Assembly: GCA_047495785.1 (NCBI GenBank)
Contig: JBLDXI010000105.1
Coordinates: 62,001 to 126,000 of the forward strand
Direction: 5' to 3'
DNA: 64,000 nucleotides
DNA from: Lepidodermella squamata
Lineage: Eukaryota; Animalia; Gastrotricha
In this document: one piece after another, positions 1 to 14,065 of the stretch
Layout of the letters: each line of letters starts with the position of its first letter
How positions within the stretch are numbered: position 1 is the stretch's first letter
The notes under the pieces: model-generated
Told to the model about the DNA's origin: nothing
Database searches by the model: none
The model's input: the letters and a program-made list of their open reading frames with translations, nothing else
Position numbers and translations under genes: made by a program

Positions 1-1139
1 AATCGCGCGTTGTTTAGTCGCGGAGATCGATGAAGCGGAAATCATAGGCTTAGTAGTAATGAGTTGGTACATCATTATCCTCCTTTTTACCCCGGAAAAG
101 TTTCAAATTTTACTATTGACCGATACAAAATATAAGCCCCGACAATGTCTGAAAAAAGTATACACGTGAGAGTTAGCCGCCAGAGAGAAACTTCGCGTAT
201 CAATTTCGCGAGAAATCGCTATATTGCATTTTTCTAAAGCAAAAGCACTTTACATTTAAAAGCAGGTGTTAATTACAGGAAATCACAGCATATGCTTCGT
301 TAAATTAGCCTTCAGATTTTTGAATTTTGAATCGCTGTCTGCATATTGAAGATTAAAATCACAGTCGAGCACTTTGCAAACGAAAAACACATTATTTCGT
401 GACGGGCCAGTCAAAGTCAGTCTGTCCGTCAAAGTTGTCGTGTCAAAGTTTATTTTCCGAAATACCTAGGTTAATATTTCGTTGAGAAATACATTGCGAA
501 AGGATTTCTGAATTTGAGAATACTACTTTCCTGCCTGGAACGCGAAAACTTGAAATATTCATTGAAACTCGGAATAGATCCTTAGAACTGAGGTGAGCAG
601 GCACAGATCTGAAACTCGCCAAAATTATTCGAGTTCGAACAATGTGTTCACTTTGAGCCTGAGTACGAAAGAATTTGTCTGCGTACTTGATGAGTAAAAT
701 GCATCCCGCCTCCGATCCCATAAGTGGCACACGTGAGTTGCCGCGATCGATAATATGCACTTCGCAACAGCGCGAAATTACCATGCAGAAGTTTAGTCTT
801 GGTCCCGTCAGCTTTCATCATACACGGCAAGAATGAATTCGAGCTGGCTTGATTTCGCATCACGTTTGCGGCGAAGCATAAATAGGTCCATTTGACGGCA
901 CGGCCAGGTTACAATTTTTCTACGATTACGGTTGAATGTTGCCTCGCACGAATATAGATATTCCTTAGAAATACCTAGCTAACTCAATTCATCTTCTTAC
1001 AGTTTAGGTCTTTTTGCTCGAAAAATGTCATACAAAGCAATGGGAGATTTACATTCTGATTTCATTTTTTAAATAGCTTTAAGAATAATCTACCCTGTGT
1101 ACCCTGGTTTCTACCTGAAATCTCGAATCAGAGCACACT

Positions 1140-2839
1140 ATGTCGACGTCGATTTTACCAGGATCTTCAAATGCTGCTAAAGCGACGAAAAAATACCTCA
1201 ACTGCAAAGCATGCGACGTTCCGGTGCCGAGGCGGCAGTCGCATCAACCCCGAGTTTGCTCGGCCTGTCACAAGTTCTTCAGACGAAATGCTGAGATTTG
1301 GCGGTCACTTGAATGCAATCATAAATACGAACCAAGGGCTGCTGCAGAACTGCAGGACGATCGGGCTAAGCGGCGATCTATGTGCACGAAATGCCGTTTT
1401 GATAGATGCCTGCAGGCAGGCATGCGAAGTAAGTTATGAACGTGGCGCAACAGTTCGGATAGAGCTTAACCCGAAAGCAGAACTCGAATACGACTTTGCA
1501 GTACGAAGGAAGTTCTGCTTTCGGATTATTAAACAGCGATGCCTATTTAATTAGAAGACACGAGCTTTGCTGCTCTGGAAATTTAGGATCATCCTAATAT
1601 TCGCTAATATTCCATCAATCAATATATGAAATCAGCATCAATCGGTTGACGAATCGATAAATGCCCTGACCTATCCTTTGCTCCTTTGCTGTTCTTGAGC
1701 TCAAACTGCTCATAACAAAATTGTTAGTAATAATTTATGGGCCCCATTGATATAGGCTGAAGAGATTTCATTGGGGATGAAAAACACGGTTTTTGTGGGG
1801 TGTACGAAACATTATGGCAACCCACTGTATTTTTATAATACCGGTTTCTATAATAGGTAGATTTTTTGTTGGCTCTGCAGTGGAAATAGAAAAATTCCCG
1901 TCAACTATGGAGTATTCGCTAGTTGAGGGAACTGTGAGAAAATCAATTGATGCGCAGCTACAGCTTCATGGCTTCGAACATGTGAGAATCTAAAAAAACG
2001 AAATAGCCCGAATACTAAAACTTTTCTTTAGCTGCCAATGAAGTGCAACCACAGTATAAGAGATTTGAAGGATGAAAGGTTTCTGCGAAGCCTCATGACT
2101 GGAAACGTTGCTGGCATTATGCGTCTTGGCTTGAATTTTTCGAATTACATTCAAGGTTTGAAGGTTTAGGCATAATCAATAATGAAAACTATACAAATCA
2201 TTTCACAAGAATCTTTCAACTTGAGCCAGACTGAAGTTAATACCCTGCTTGCTCGCAACTGGAAACTTATCACAGTCGCTTACTCGGCTCTTCCAGGCAC
2301 CAGCGGATGCTTACTGGCGAATTACGATATTCTTCCGTTTTTTCTAGAAAGCAACCCCGAACTTTTAGTAAGTTATTTCATTTTGTTGTCCGTCATAATA
2401 TTTTTACAATTTATATAGCCAGCTAAGGCCTCTTGCAGTAAAGTTGCTGATTCCATGGGGGAATGGAACCCGTCGTTTATCGAAGCAGCTCTCTTCACAT
2501 GTCGACTGTTTTTGCAAAGTAAATTAAATAATTACGTGACACATTTGGATTTCCGATTCAAAAACATTCCTAGATCCAGATGAAGTCGAAACATCTGCGA
2601 ATTTACGGGCTGCACGGGATTGTGTCGATAAGGCATTTGAAATGACCTGTTGGAAACTTCATGGATCCAATTCCGGTCGTGTGAGGATGCAAAGTTCCAT
2701 TGTCGAAAATCTTATCGGGATTACGGCGCGAGTTGTTGACGAGTGCGCCACGGCTGTTATAAAACGGCTGGGAGCAGAATCTAGCCGCGCGGAACTCGCC
2801 TTAGCCGTCGAATTCACTTTGGGAATTCCTTGTTCGTGA
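1140..2839 (+). CDS. R1: divergent nuclear receptor (atypical C4+CHC2 DBD, LBD), 6 exons, 353 aa
   Basis: Exons 1140-1428, 1857-1981, 2032-2155, 2210-2367, 2419-2518, 2574-2839 have GT-AG boundaries and are in frame. CKAC..CSACHKFFRR..CNH..CTKCRFDRCLQAGM; LBD-signature-like FNLSQTEVNTLLARNW. Confidence 0.88.
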
Positions 2840-2997
2840 GAGCTATACCAGAAAAATTGAACAATCAAACATTCGGGTATATAATAATATCTGCGCAATG
2901 CGCAAAGATATTCCTAAAAAGGATGTATTAGATGATATATAAATAAAATAGTGCAGAAAAAGAAAATGAGAGAAGCTTGTCGGTAAAGAATATCAAA

Positions 2998-3653
2998 CTA
3001 GTCATTAGCGTTTCCCAAAAAACTTGGCGCAAGTTGGTGCGATGCAAGGATGGGACATTCGCACCAACTTTCAAGTGTCCTATGTGCCTCAAATTAAAAG
3101 TGTTAAAAATAGATCGGCGATCGGCACTTCGAAACAATCTCGATCGGACTTATTGTATAAAACAGTGGGATAAATTCTCATTTTGTTGTCTGGCCCGGCC
3201 GAGCTGGAAGTCCCCCTGAAAGTCGCACACTGGATTACGGTAAAAAATGCCGCTGAACAAGATGGCGACATCAAATCTTTTGTATCTGTAACCGATAATA
3301 GATTATCGGAGGCTAATCAACAGATCGGATTTCAAATTTTGTTTCTTTTTTTCAACGGCTGATCGATCAATCGAGTCGATTCCACGGACGAAAAATTGTT
3401 TTTAATTCCATTGGATTACGATTCATTGACCCTGTAAGTCAAATAAAATAATCATTTAGCGTCATCACCATATAGCGACAGTGTCGAGATTCGATTTTTT
3501 CGGGGATCTGATTTATTTCATCTGAACGAAATGGCCAATAAATTAATGACCGCGGTGAAATACGGTAAAAGATTTTGATACTGGATCTATCGAGCTACCC
3601 ACCGACCACCGAGCTCCAATAGATAATATACAGAGACAATAGATTAGTATAGA
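2998..3653 (-). mobile_element. Helitron-like non-autonomous element
   Basis: On the minus strand it begins A|TCTATACTAAT and ends CTAG|T. Hairpins lie near the 3' end (aacttg-gcg-caagtt at 3021-3035; aagttggtgcga/tcgcaccaactt). No TSD. Confidence 0.5.
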
Positions 3654-3980
3654 TTATTAACTAATTAATTTATCGAGCAATAAAGCGCGGTGTTTTCTAG
3701 CCTATGCTTTTTTATAGCAACAGCTGTTTTCGTCCTTCGCTGTTTTGTCGCGTTGTTAGTAATAAAAATACTTTTCAACGCTGTTATGTCGCGTTTAGCC
3801 TTAATCGCCGTTCGGTCGCACTCTGTTACGCCGCAAGTGGTAATTTCGATGTTTTGTCGCGTTCGCTGTTTTGTGACTACGCTGTTTTGACGGTCTGCCA
3901 AACTTTGCATTGTTTATGAAACTGTTACTCAGGCCTAATCATAGAGAACATAGTGATCTATGGGCCTAATATCAAACTGA

Positions 3981-4025
3981 TTGCCCTGAAGAAGCTTTAA
4001 TAAATAAAGCGAAACGTCCGCGACT
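3981..4025 (+). ncRNA. Minimal hammerhead-ribozyme-like motif (Penelope/retrozyme type)
   Basis: CTGAAGA, then stem II GCTTTA-ataaa-TAAAGC, then GAAACGTC. Stem I is imperfect. Confidence 0.5.
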
Positions 4026-4623
4026 TTTGGACATCTTTTTGGAAGTACATCGAGGTAGTATCGTGTATCGAGGTAGTCCGAAATCGTACATCATTCAAAC
4101 TTTCATTACTCTTCCCTCGATGAACGTCGAAACCGTCTTATTGCAATTAGTAATTTATTACTTTGTTTATTTAATCATCTCTGCCTCTCTCTCTCTCTCT
4201 CACTCTATTTCGCTATATTGATGTTCTCACCTCGTCGCCGCACCAACCTTTCCGTGTCTTTCTGTCTATGGCCACATCTGTGTCGTCCCCTTTTCTTTGT
4301 CCGATAAGTCCCGCTGTCCATGATAAATTCTCTAATTTGCTTCATCAATATCATCGCCTACGCACTGTCTAGGACAAACGCCAGTTCACCCTATGCCTGA
4401 GCCTTTATCTTTTCATACTATTTCGCTCTGGCTATTAGATTGTTGTTTACTTACATTGCCTCTAAATTATTGATAAAAAACGTTGTTTAAGTAAAGTCTT
4501 CAATAAAAATAGTTTCGTTCACTCGTTTAAGACTTATTGTAGAAACGAGACAGTCTCTATGAAAAATCTTTTGACTGTGTGAAGCTGTTCATGATCTCCA
4601 AACCTAGTTGGTCATAGCTGATC

Positions 4624-5043
4624 CAGAGCTTTGGATTTGATTTGATTGGATTTACGGCTTAAATCACGGACCTTCTTCAATCAATCAAAATCAACCATTG
4701 TCCCTTTTTCCAGGACTAAATCAATCAAATCAAATCATCGACAACCATAAATCATAATAAATCGCGAAACAGCGGGATTTTCAAGAAGCTGGGGCTTGGA
4801 AGTTTCAAGAAATGATTAAAATTTAAAATAACGCGAATTTGAAGTAACTGTCCCTTTCCATAGCAAAATTTCATCAAAAAGGAGGAGAGATCTTGGTTTC
4901 GCGGTATTAAGTTTTTCGATTGCATCACCACGGCTAAATCAAAATCAATCAAATCAAAATGCTTCCCCGCGTAAATCAATCATTTTAAATCTAAATCAGT
5001 GAAAGTAGGGTCTAAATCAAATCAAATCGAATCCAAAGCACTG
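4624..5043. mobile_element. hAT-type MITE with (GATTT)n subterminal repeats
   Basis: TIR CAGAGCTTTGGATT..AATCCAAAGCACTG; 8-bp TSD AGCTGATC on both sides. A partial second copy lies at about 39350-39571. Confidence 0.85.
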
Positions 5044-5703
5044 AGCTGATCGTCCCATTACTATAGTCAACCGTTGAATCTCGCTTCAAGAAAGAAGGTA
5101 AATAACTATGCCCATGCCTGCGAGTAGGATGACAATCTCTTTTCAGTTGTCTAGTGATTAATGAAAAGGAACACGGGAATGTAGTAATATAAGGACATTA
5201 CAAAACAACACTATATAGGTATAGGTATAAGCGACAGCTTTCTCCGTCTGCATGTGATATTCAAGTTACTATTTTCAACCTTCTCATAGGACTAAAAACG
5301 ACGTGCTACGTATAGCTGTGTCTAGCGAACCGAAGTCTGTGCAATATGATGACTCAAATTAGTCGCGGCGTCTTGTGTAGGTTTAAACAGCTTTGCATCA
5401 CAAGCTTACTACATCATCATTTGTCATGCTCATTTTATCGAGAACGACATTTTCCTAAAGAAAATCATAAACAGATCCTGGAGAAATTCATTAGCATAAG
5501 TAGATGATCGAGAGTATTTGTCAATGAGCTTCATAATTACAGCAACGATCGCCAAAGAAAATGGCCAGTGTAAGAAGTAGGATCCTCGATCCTCGAGCTG
5601 GAGGGTCATTTCGGGTATTTTCAGCCCCGACTTAGTGCGAAGTACCACTAGGGATGGTAGGAATCATCTCTACCAGCTACCAGTTCAATCGGTCCGCAAG
5701 GTA

Positions 5704-6225
5704 CCGTATATGCCGAATTATTATCCCATGCTCAATTTACTTCCCCAGCCTGTTAAAGCCCCCAGTTTTCAGGTCGTTTGAAACAATAAGAACCCACGCC
5801 TACAATTGCAGCCCGCGACACAAATTGAAACGCCGCGCAATAATATTTTGCATTAATTTTCAATTACGAACCCCGTAACTGGCCAAAAGATCGTTTGCGA
5901 CTATGAATTGCGAGAAATAATTCTTCTAAAACTTGAAAACTTTGCTCTGAAGGCGGGGAAAATTAAGAAAATCTTCCTGATCATCGAAGAAAACGCGGAA
6001 GAAGATGAAAAAAAAACGAAATTTCGATGAAAGGTTCGATGAAATTTGGGTTTTGATTTCATGAACTTTCAATTTCTTTTGATTCTATTTGTGCTAAGAA
6101 CCTTCAAACTTAAACTGCAATAAATAGCGCCCCAGCTCATTTTTGGACCCCAGCCTGAATAAGCCCCCATTTTTTGGTTGCTTTGAAACAATAAAATACT
6201 CAGGATATTAATTCGGCATATACGG
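5704..6225. mobile_element. pogo/Tc1-mariner-type MITE
   Basis: TIR CCGTATATGCCGAATTA..TAATTCGGCATATACGG, flanked by TA. Confidence 0.85.
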
Positions 6226-7148
6226 TAAATTCAGTCAAAGACCAAAGGAGGACCCATAAATCGATCTGCCATTATCCCAACCAATTCGGCTGTCCTACTT
6301 CGCTCTCTGAGCCCAGAATTTATTGGACCCAAGGATCTCCCTGGGGCTTTTTGTCTCGAACTGACTGTTTGTAAATCCACCGCCGATCATTTCTGAATTC
6401 TCCCTCTGCATCTCTGCGGATTTTTTATTTCTAAATTCAGCATTCATGTGTTTAGTTTACGTGTCGCCATCATGATTACCCGACACTCATTCGTTCCGTC
6501 GTAACCTTTGGTTTTGTTTTCTTTGCTGCGATTATGACTCAGTCCCGCCGCCTCGATTTGCTCCTAGCATTCTTTTACCTGAACTTTTTCAATCGCTTAC
6601 AATTGTTTGCGCGCATAATTCGAAAGCTTTGGAAAGGCACGGGCCCCTCCCCTTCCTCCTACTCGGAACACTGCCTGCTCAACGCTTGCTTGCCGCTTCC
6701 TTTCCTCTGTTTCTTCATCTATTTCCGGCTTACTCTGTCAAGCCCCTGTCAAGTCTCTATCCTTTTGTATGTCTTCCCTCAAGAATAACATCAGACTTCC
6801 TTCTTCTAATAGGCCGCAGCTTTTGATAAATTCAGCGTGTGCCTGTCCGATAATTCGAGCGGTGCTCTTTCAGAGCATTTTGCAGCCAAGCGCCTTGTCC
6901 GATACTGTGTCCAAGCCCTAGATCTTTTCGGTGGGGCAATGCATCAATTCGATGGAATGATAATGGCTACCTCAAATGTTGACGTTTTTAGGGATTTCTA
7001 AGAGCCAGTAATTGAATACAACCTTCAACCTTATATGGAACCTAATAGCCGTCGTTAAAAGCTTACGTGAGCCCAAATCGAAGATCAATTATTTATTGCT
7101 TTTTAACTTTTCTAGGCTTAATTGAATTCAGTAGCATTATAAGTGGGA

Positions 7149-8925
7149 ATGACAACGTTTGAAGCTGATACTTCTTTTTTCTCTCAGGTAATCGAACCTC
7201 CTCGGCGCTTGTGCAAAGTTTGCGGTCTTGTAGCGACGAAACGCCCCAACTACCAGCCGCGAGCTTGTGCCGCGTGTGAAAAGTTCTTCAGGCGTTGTGT
7301 CGAACAGTGGCAAACACTGGAATGCAACCACAAACACGTAAGTGCTGACGAGCCTATAACCACGAGGGACATGCGGCGTAGCATGTGCAAGAAATGCCGA
7401 TTCGAACGATGCATCCGAGCCGGCATGAGAAGTAAGTTCCCAACATGCATTGCTATCAGAATCTCAAAACTAGTACTGTAGCTGTTCAAACTAGTAGCGA
7501 TGGTCTCGTTCAAGTCCAGTCTACCGCGGCTTTTTTGAATTTTTCAAATGCTATCGTGCATCTATCTTTATATGTAAAAGTATTTGTCGAAATACTTACC
7601 CTTACCCCTTCCTTGTTTGAAAGTCTGGGTACATTGGATGAAGCGAAGCGTTAGAGTAGGTATCGCAGCCCCGGTTCGCAAGGTCAAAGTGGAAATAAAA
7701 AACATTTAACTTCTAGCCACTAACCACCTTCATAATTGTTCATGCTCCAGGTAAATTCATGATGCAGCATACGAGAAAAGGCGTAGCCATTCACTCGGGC
7801 CCAACGTCTTTGGCTGGTACGATTGTAGAAGATACGCTGGAAAAAGCTGTCGATGTTCAACTGCTGCTCCACGGTCTCGATCACGTAGTTTGAACAATCT
7901 AGTTATGCGTTTTGAATAGCCAGTTTTATGTTTTAGATGCCGATGAGGAAAACCTATGTAGATGACAACTATTGCAACTCTGAGGTCATTAAAAAGCTCT
8001 TTTGCGATCATATTGTTGATTATCTACGACTCAGCCGAATGTTTTGCGACAAAATTCAGGGTAGGTTTTAAAACCAGTGAAGAATAATAGCATTTTTAAA
8101 CGTGAATTTACCAGAGTGTTTCAAAATGAACGAATCTGACGTGAAGCGCCTGGAAGTTCGTTGGAAGAGTGTTGTTCTGGCCTACTCCTCTCTGCCGAGC
8201 GTCAGTGGCTGCCTCACAGCTAATTCCAGTCTTCTACCCAGTTTCGTACTCAACTTCCCAGAGGTTTTGGTAACAATAACAATAATTATACATCAACTTT
8301 CAGCGCAACTAAAGAAGAAAGGGAATAATTAGCTACAATACGGCGCAATTTGTTCCTTCAGTCGAAATTTTACTTTTCCTATGACAATGATTTCAAACTT
8401 TTGTTACCGTATGCGGTAAACTCTTCCATCTTCCGCACCTGGGGCGGATTTTACCCACTAACCGGCGCTTGTTCTATGTAATTTTTAATGACTGGGCCCT
8501 TTCACTTTTTCAGCCGGCCACGGCTGCGGAAAACAAATTATCAGACGCCATGAGCGCATGGAATCCAAGCTTCATCGAACTTGCTCTTCTCACGTGCCGA
8601 CTGTTCCTCCGCAGTAATAGTTGTCGCATAAGTTTGTTTATGACTTTTTACCGTTATTCGAACCTATACAGGCAATTGTGGGGATTCGGATGGTATACAA
8701 ACAGCGCGTAGGCGTGTCGACATTGCATTCGCCATGATTTGCTACAAGCTGCACGGCGCTGGAGTGGAAAAGGTCATGCGGGATGTTTCCACTGTTGAAC
8801 AACTCGTCGACGTGGCATCGCGAGCTCTGGCGAATAGCGGCGCTGCGATTTTGAAGCGACTCACATCGACGTCCGGCTCTGCAGACTTAGCTCTAGGCAT
8901 CAGGCTCACGCTCGAAGGTGAATAA
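7149..8925 (+). CDS. R2: divergent nuclear receptor, E-type (P-box CAACEK), 349 aa
   Basis: Exons 7149-7431, 7751-7884, 7937-8060, 8115-8269, 8514-8613, 8672-8925 are in frame; same intron positions and phases as the paralogues. Confidence 0.9.
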
Positions 8926-10748
8926 CGTCAAGAAAATGGAATCAATTCGATATAAGTCCGTTCGGGATCGCCACGGTAAATTTCTGAATCTAATAGCTGA
9001 ACACCGATGTTTAGGGCTAAACAACTAATGGTAAAACGCCGGTGTGTAACGTTTCAAAATTGAAAATCACCATGACGATCGTGAACAGATATCGCATTGA
9101 TTTTTTATCTCACGGTAAGAAACAATGGTAATCATTACAATGAACAATTAACAAAGTGAATTCATTCATTGTCCGTAATAAATATTTCGTGGCTGTTTAA
9201 ACGACTTTTATCTAGCAATAAAACATTGAAACAACCAACAGCGAACCGTACAAAACACCATCAATTTTTCTGATTTGAAAAATATGAATTATATCTCTGC
9301 GCTTCGAAGTGGAAAATAGCGCACCATAAAGGTAGCAAGAAGCACTGCGTGAGAATAATTCGGCCGAAGATTTCGTATCCTAACACGCGCATCTTTCGCC
9401 ATGATTCTAGTCACAATAGTAATTGAATGCCGGATACCGGCTTTCAGGATTAAAGGGTCAAATATTATGGGCTAATAAAAATCGTGCATTTCATGAATTC
9501 GTCGTTTCGTTTCATCATAATTTCCGCGTTTTTTTAATTTGAAATAAAAGAATCAAACAATCTGAAGAAAGATTTGTTCAGCGTTCGGCCAGAAAATGGA
9601 CTGATGTTCACTATCTCGGGTGTCGGCATGTCTTCATAAGCTTTTCAGTTTTCAGTCCCTCGTGAGCGGCAGTCGCGTCCGTCTCAAGAGACCTCGAATT
9701 TTTATTTAACAGGATCAAACAGTCCTCCAATAATATCGTGACCAATCAGTGTCTACTACTGCCGAGTAGATTTAGCACATTTAATTTATGACCGGTCGAA
9801 AAACGGCCTCACCTGGACGTCTTGTGATTCATGGTCTTGTGGACGCCGGAGAACTAACCTTCGGCGGTTTTTTGACGGTAAACAGTCCGCTAAACAATCT
9901 CAGCTTTCCTCACCGTTAATTAACGAGTCGCTGTGGGCCAAAGTTGAAAAATTTAGAACCTCTCGAGTGTGCCCGGAATTTGCATAAAAGCTCTTCTGAA
10001 ACTATAATGCAAACTCGCTCAATTTCCATCCTCTTGGAATCCGGCTCTATAGATCGATGAATAAAAGTACGCTCTGCAAGACGCAACCTTCAAAACCATT
10101 CAAGCAAAAATCAGACAATAAGTTGCATCAAAATCAATCGGCTGAAATTATTCAGATATTGAATATAATTCGAACGTAAGAAGCACTGGGCATCGCGAAA
10201 AATCACTCTAATAGCTGGCTGTCGCGAAATTTGATCATCATAGCAACCCACGCTAGCCATGAGTGTATGCAGAACAACTGCTGAAAAGTTCAACGTCTAT
10301 GGCCGATCTGTGCAGACCTAAAGTGATTGTATACCGTTTCTTGTTGACAAGAAGAGGCAAGAGACAAGAAGACAAGAACATGAAGACGCGTCTCTCACCG
10401 TCTCATTTAACCCATTATCGCTCGACTGATCTAGATCTTATACAACATTGAGGAGTGAAGTCGATAAAATTATGCCTGCATTGCTTGAAGTGTACATAAA
10501 TGGTTACATTTCCCAGAGAGTTTGCTAACTTAGAATCAGCAAGCATTGTTTAGAAATTGTTCAGAAAAATTGTTTAGATATGGGTTTTATTTTTTACGAA
10601 CTGCGCATCAATTTCGAAACGTTTCAAGCAAATATTATTTAACCAGAATTTTCCAAGTTTCCATATCAGAATATTCCCGCAGTGCGTGATATAGTTAGTC
10701 TGATTGCATTTTTGCAATAGAGGATAATTACAATTGCCAGTCATTTTA

Positions 10749-12034
10749 TCATTTTTTGACGTTGAAGATGCACTTTGTTATCTTGACCTCCCCGCCGGAC
10801 ATCGTCATTTCTCGCCGCCGGAGAACAGCAGCTCCGCACTCGTCGATAACGCTCGAAGTCATGGCTATCAAGTTTTCAGCGATGGCTATTTCATGCAAAG
10901 CCCGTGCCATTTCGGAACAATGAAGCTTCGAGCAGATCATCATGAACGCTGTTTCAATTCTTTTCTGAGCTCTGAGAAACGCCGAAGATTCCCCATCACC
11001 TTTAATAGAATTCGGAAAAATGAAAAAATAAACATCAATAGCTAACCTCTGAAAAACAGCCGACAGGTAAAGAGAGCAACTTCAACGAGAGTAGGATTCC
11101 AATTGCTCAATGTCACAGAAAGCTTCGTTTCCGCATCCTTCGCTGGCTATACAGAGAATACGAATTGCAATGGATGAAATCAAGCGCAAACTCACTAGGA
11201 ATTCAGGGTTCACATCAAGAAATGCTGGGAGAACGTCTTGATGCACGAGAAAGCGACCCGAAGCCCCCGGCAGAGCAGAAAACGAAACCGTGATGTCTTT
11301 CCAATTGCGAGCCATCAGTACTCGTACTTCGCTTTCGTTTAATCTAAACGTCTCTGTAATGAGATCAAAGACATTGGAGGTAGATCCGAAATCATAGAAT
11401 TTTACCCGACATGAACTTTGAGAACGAGATGTTCAGTCGCATCAACGCAATGACATTAGAAAACATAAGTGCGGCCATGACTCTGCCATCGCTCAAATCC
11501 GATGATTCGGGAGCTTTCCTTAGCGGAAGCTGCGAAAACAAAGTCGTCAGAGTTGTCGATAATGAATCGTTAAAAACCTGTTCAAGGTCGTGAAGCTTCA
11601 ATTGTGTGTCGAGAGCTAGCCTGAGAGCTTCTTCGAGATCAAGGCCATCCGTCAACTGAGGACTTCGCTCGATATTTTCCCTTTCAGCTCCTAACATCTG
11701 TTCTAGATATTTACCTGGATATTTGCATGGGGAGAGGGACGCATTTTTTTCGGTTATAATTACCTTTTCAAAAATACTCACATTTCATCCCAGCCTTGAC
11801 GCACCGGTCGAAACGGCATTTCGTGCACATGCCTCGCCGATGAATTGCGCTGTTTTGCGACTCGCCAGATTTCCCTTTCTTGTGGTTGCACTGCAACTGC
11901 AGGTAATGATCTGCGTTCCGTCGGAAGAACTTCTGGCAAGCATGGCAAACGCGGGGCTGAAAACGCCCCCTTCTAGACACGGCCAGGCCACACACCCTGC
12001 ACTTCGGAAGAGCCGGTGGTGCAACTTCAGTCAT
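10749..12034 (-). CDS. R3: divergent nuclear receptor, Q-type (CHACQK), 340 aa
   Basis: Exons 12034-11782, 11714-11578, 11529-11406, 11353-11196, 11146-11047, 10999-10749 are in frame. Confidence 0.9.
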
Positions 12035-13391
12035 TTGTTACGCCTGATTTTTGGAATATAAGAAGAGACGAGCGGAAAAGTTCGTAAGAACAACAAAGTA
12101 TCGAGTATCCTTTTTGTATATACTCGAAAAGACAGATGCTCAGATTTATTGCCTAGCAAACTTGATTTGAATTTCAAAAAGCTGCTGGCACCTTCTCACA
12201 GAGAGAGAGCTCATATTCAGTACTGATTCAGGAAGAATAAGTGACGAATAAGTGAGCCGTATCGATCGCCAAATTGAAATCGCCTCTTGTTCGTTTGAAA
12301 ACATGCTGTTCATGCATGACGCAGGTCTTGCTTGATAGCTTTTAACCTGGAAGGTGTTATAGGTTTTTCAGTTATAGAAATCGTCGGTTTTGGGCACGGT
12401 TGATATCTTAAAACGTATTTGCGAAGTTTGCGAATTACCTAAAGTACCCCCACCTCGAGAGGTCTATGCAAAGAAACTCAAAAAATCTCAGGGCGACCTT
12501 TTAATCAAAAAGCTTCGACGCTGAAAATACTCAAACGTACCTCGCAGTGATCTTGTTTCGTAGGTAAACAAATCCTATACATTTTGCAGGGCGTTATTTA
12601 TCGATCTTTCTGTGAATTAAAAGTACTTAAATTTCCATTCCTATCCATGTGCCGCGTAATTTCAATTGATAAAAATTGATCGACTTCCCTTCAGCAGCCG
12701 AGTCCAGAGTTTAGCATGTTTAGACTAGGTACATGATGCTTTTTTATTTAGAAAAGTTTAGATACATGCCTAATTCTCGAGCTCGAATGTCTGAAGCCGA
12801 TAATTGACGCACGCAGAGAAAATGAGATTCGACGCAAATTACCTGTCGCTTGGCGAGCAAAAACCGTGCTGCCGTTGAGTACAAGTGCATCAGCGAATGC
12901 TTAAACCTGAAAACGATTCTAAAATTTTCCAGAATATTACATTCTCCACAATTGTTATCATTTTAGCTTGTTATAATGAACTCCGAAGAACAAGCGGCAA
13001 ATGATGGCGCGAGGATGAAGCAGTCATCGGAGTAAGAAGGGAGAAAGGCCTGATGAGAGCAGATACAGCTCCACGGCCTTGAACGCGTTCGTCCTGTTCC
13101 TAACTTGAGCTGGTATTTATGTATTCAGGCTCTATGCTCTTTAGCCTTTAGCTGCCTATGGGGTTACAATGCGGCAAGGGAAAAATCAAAACAGCGATTT
13201 CGCCGCGCAGCTTCTTATTGGTAATATTTCTGGAATTTTGCTGCTCGGTTTGGTTTTTGCCTGCCGCATTCAAGAAAATATGTAATTATCACTTCAACGC
13301 CTTCTTCAATTCAACGAGTTCCCTTTGTTTCCGAGTTTCCATGTTTTTCGCATTCAATTTCACATCTCTGCATTCACTGCATCATTTGCAG

Positions 13392-13703
13392 AGTGCTTCC
13401 ACTTACAAGAGTCAACAGTTGGAACTGTTTTCGCTCGCGGCTGGAAGAACATTTGCGCGGCGTATACAGCTGCAACAGCTAGCTAATCCTGATATCCTGC
13501 CCCCTGCTCTTGTTTCTCCACCAGTACCCTGAACCCTGAACTTCGCGTGAGTTTCGCTTCAAATTTTAGCAGCATCCATCAACGCATATTGTTCATTTGT
13601 TCCAGCCTGTAAACGCTGCTGGAGAAAACTTGGCGGCTGCCATGAGCAAATGGAACCCAATTCTCGTCGATAATCGAATTTTAGGGGAACGTGTGTTCCT
13701 CGA
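13392..13703 (+). pseudogene. Orphan LBD fragment (exons 4-5) of the same receptor family
   Basis: ag|ECFHLQESTVGTVFARGWKNICAAY..stop/frameshift..ANPDILP, then ag|PVNAAGENLAAAMSKWNPILVD, homologous to exons 4 and 5. No DBD exon was seen nearby. Confidence 0.75.
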
Positions 13704-14065
13704 ATGCGCGCGTTTGCCTACGACATATATCCCACATCCGATATATAGAATGCTCTGAATCATACTCATATTTAAGTACTTCCTAGAGCTTCCTCACAGG
13801 ACAGAAATCGATGCAGCATATCCAACTGAGCACGTTGCAGTCTGTGAAACGACGGTGCGTCAAATTAGCCGTAGTGCCATGCGTTAGTTAACTGTTAAAT
13901 AGCTTAGCAGTACTCCATATTTTTTTACGCACAACGAAAATGAATTGAAGCATAATATTTTCCTAACAAAATTTAGCAATTTTTTGAGCAGAGAATTCGC
14001 ATTCTTTGATTTACAATACGTCTGTTTCAACTGCATCAGCGAGAAATTCGCAGCTGTGGATAATA

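Noticed and set aside
1140-1439. DBD-only (NR0A-like) mini-proteins suggested by the ORF track
   Set aside because: Each DBD ORF has a conserved phase-1 GT donor right after GM/GL-[RK] and splices in frame to five downstream exons.
13046-13100. CTGATGA followed by a GAGC/GCTC hairpin, as a second hammerhead
   Set aside because: There is no GAAA after stem II, so the catalytic core is incomplete.
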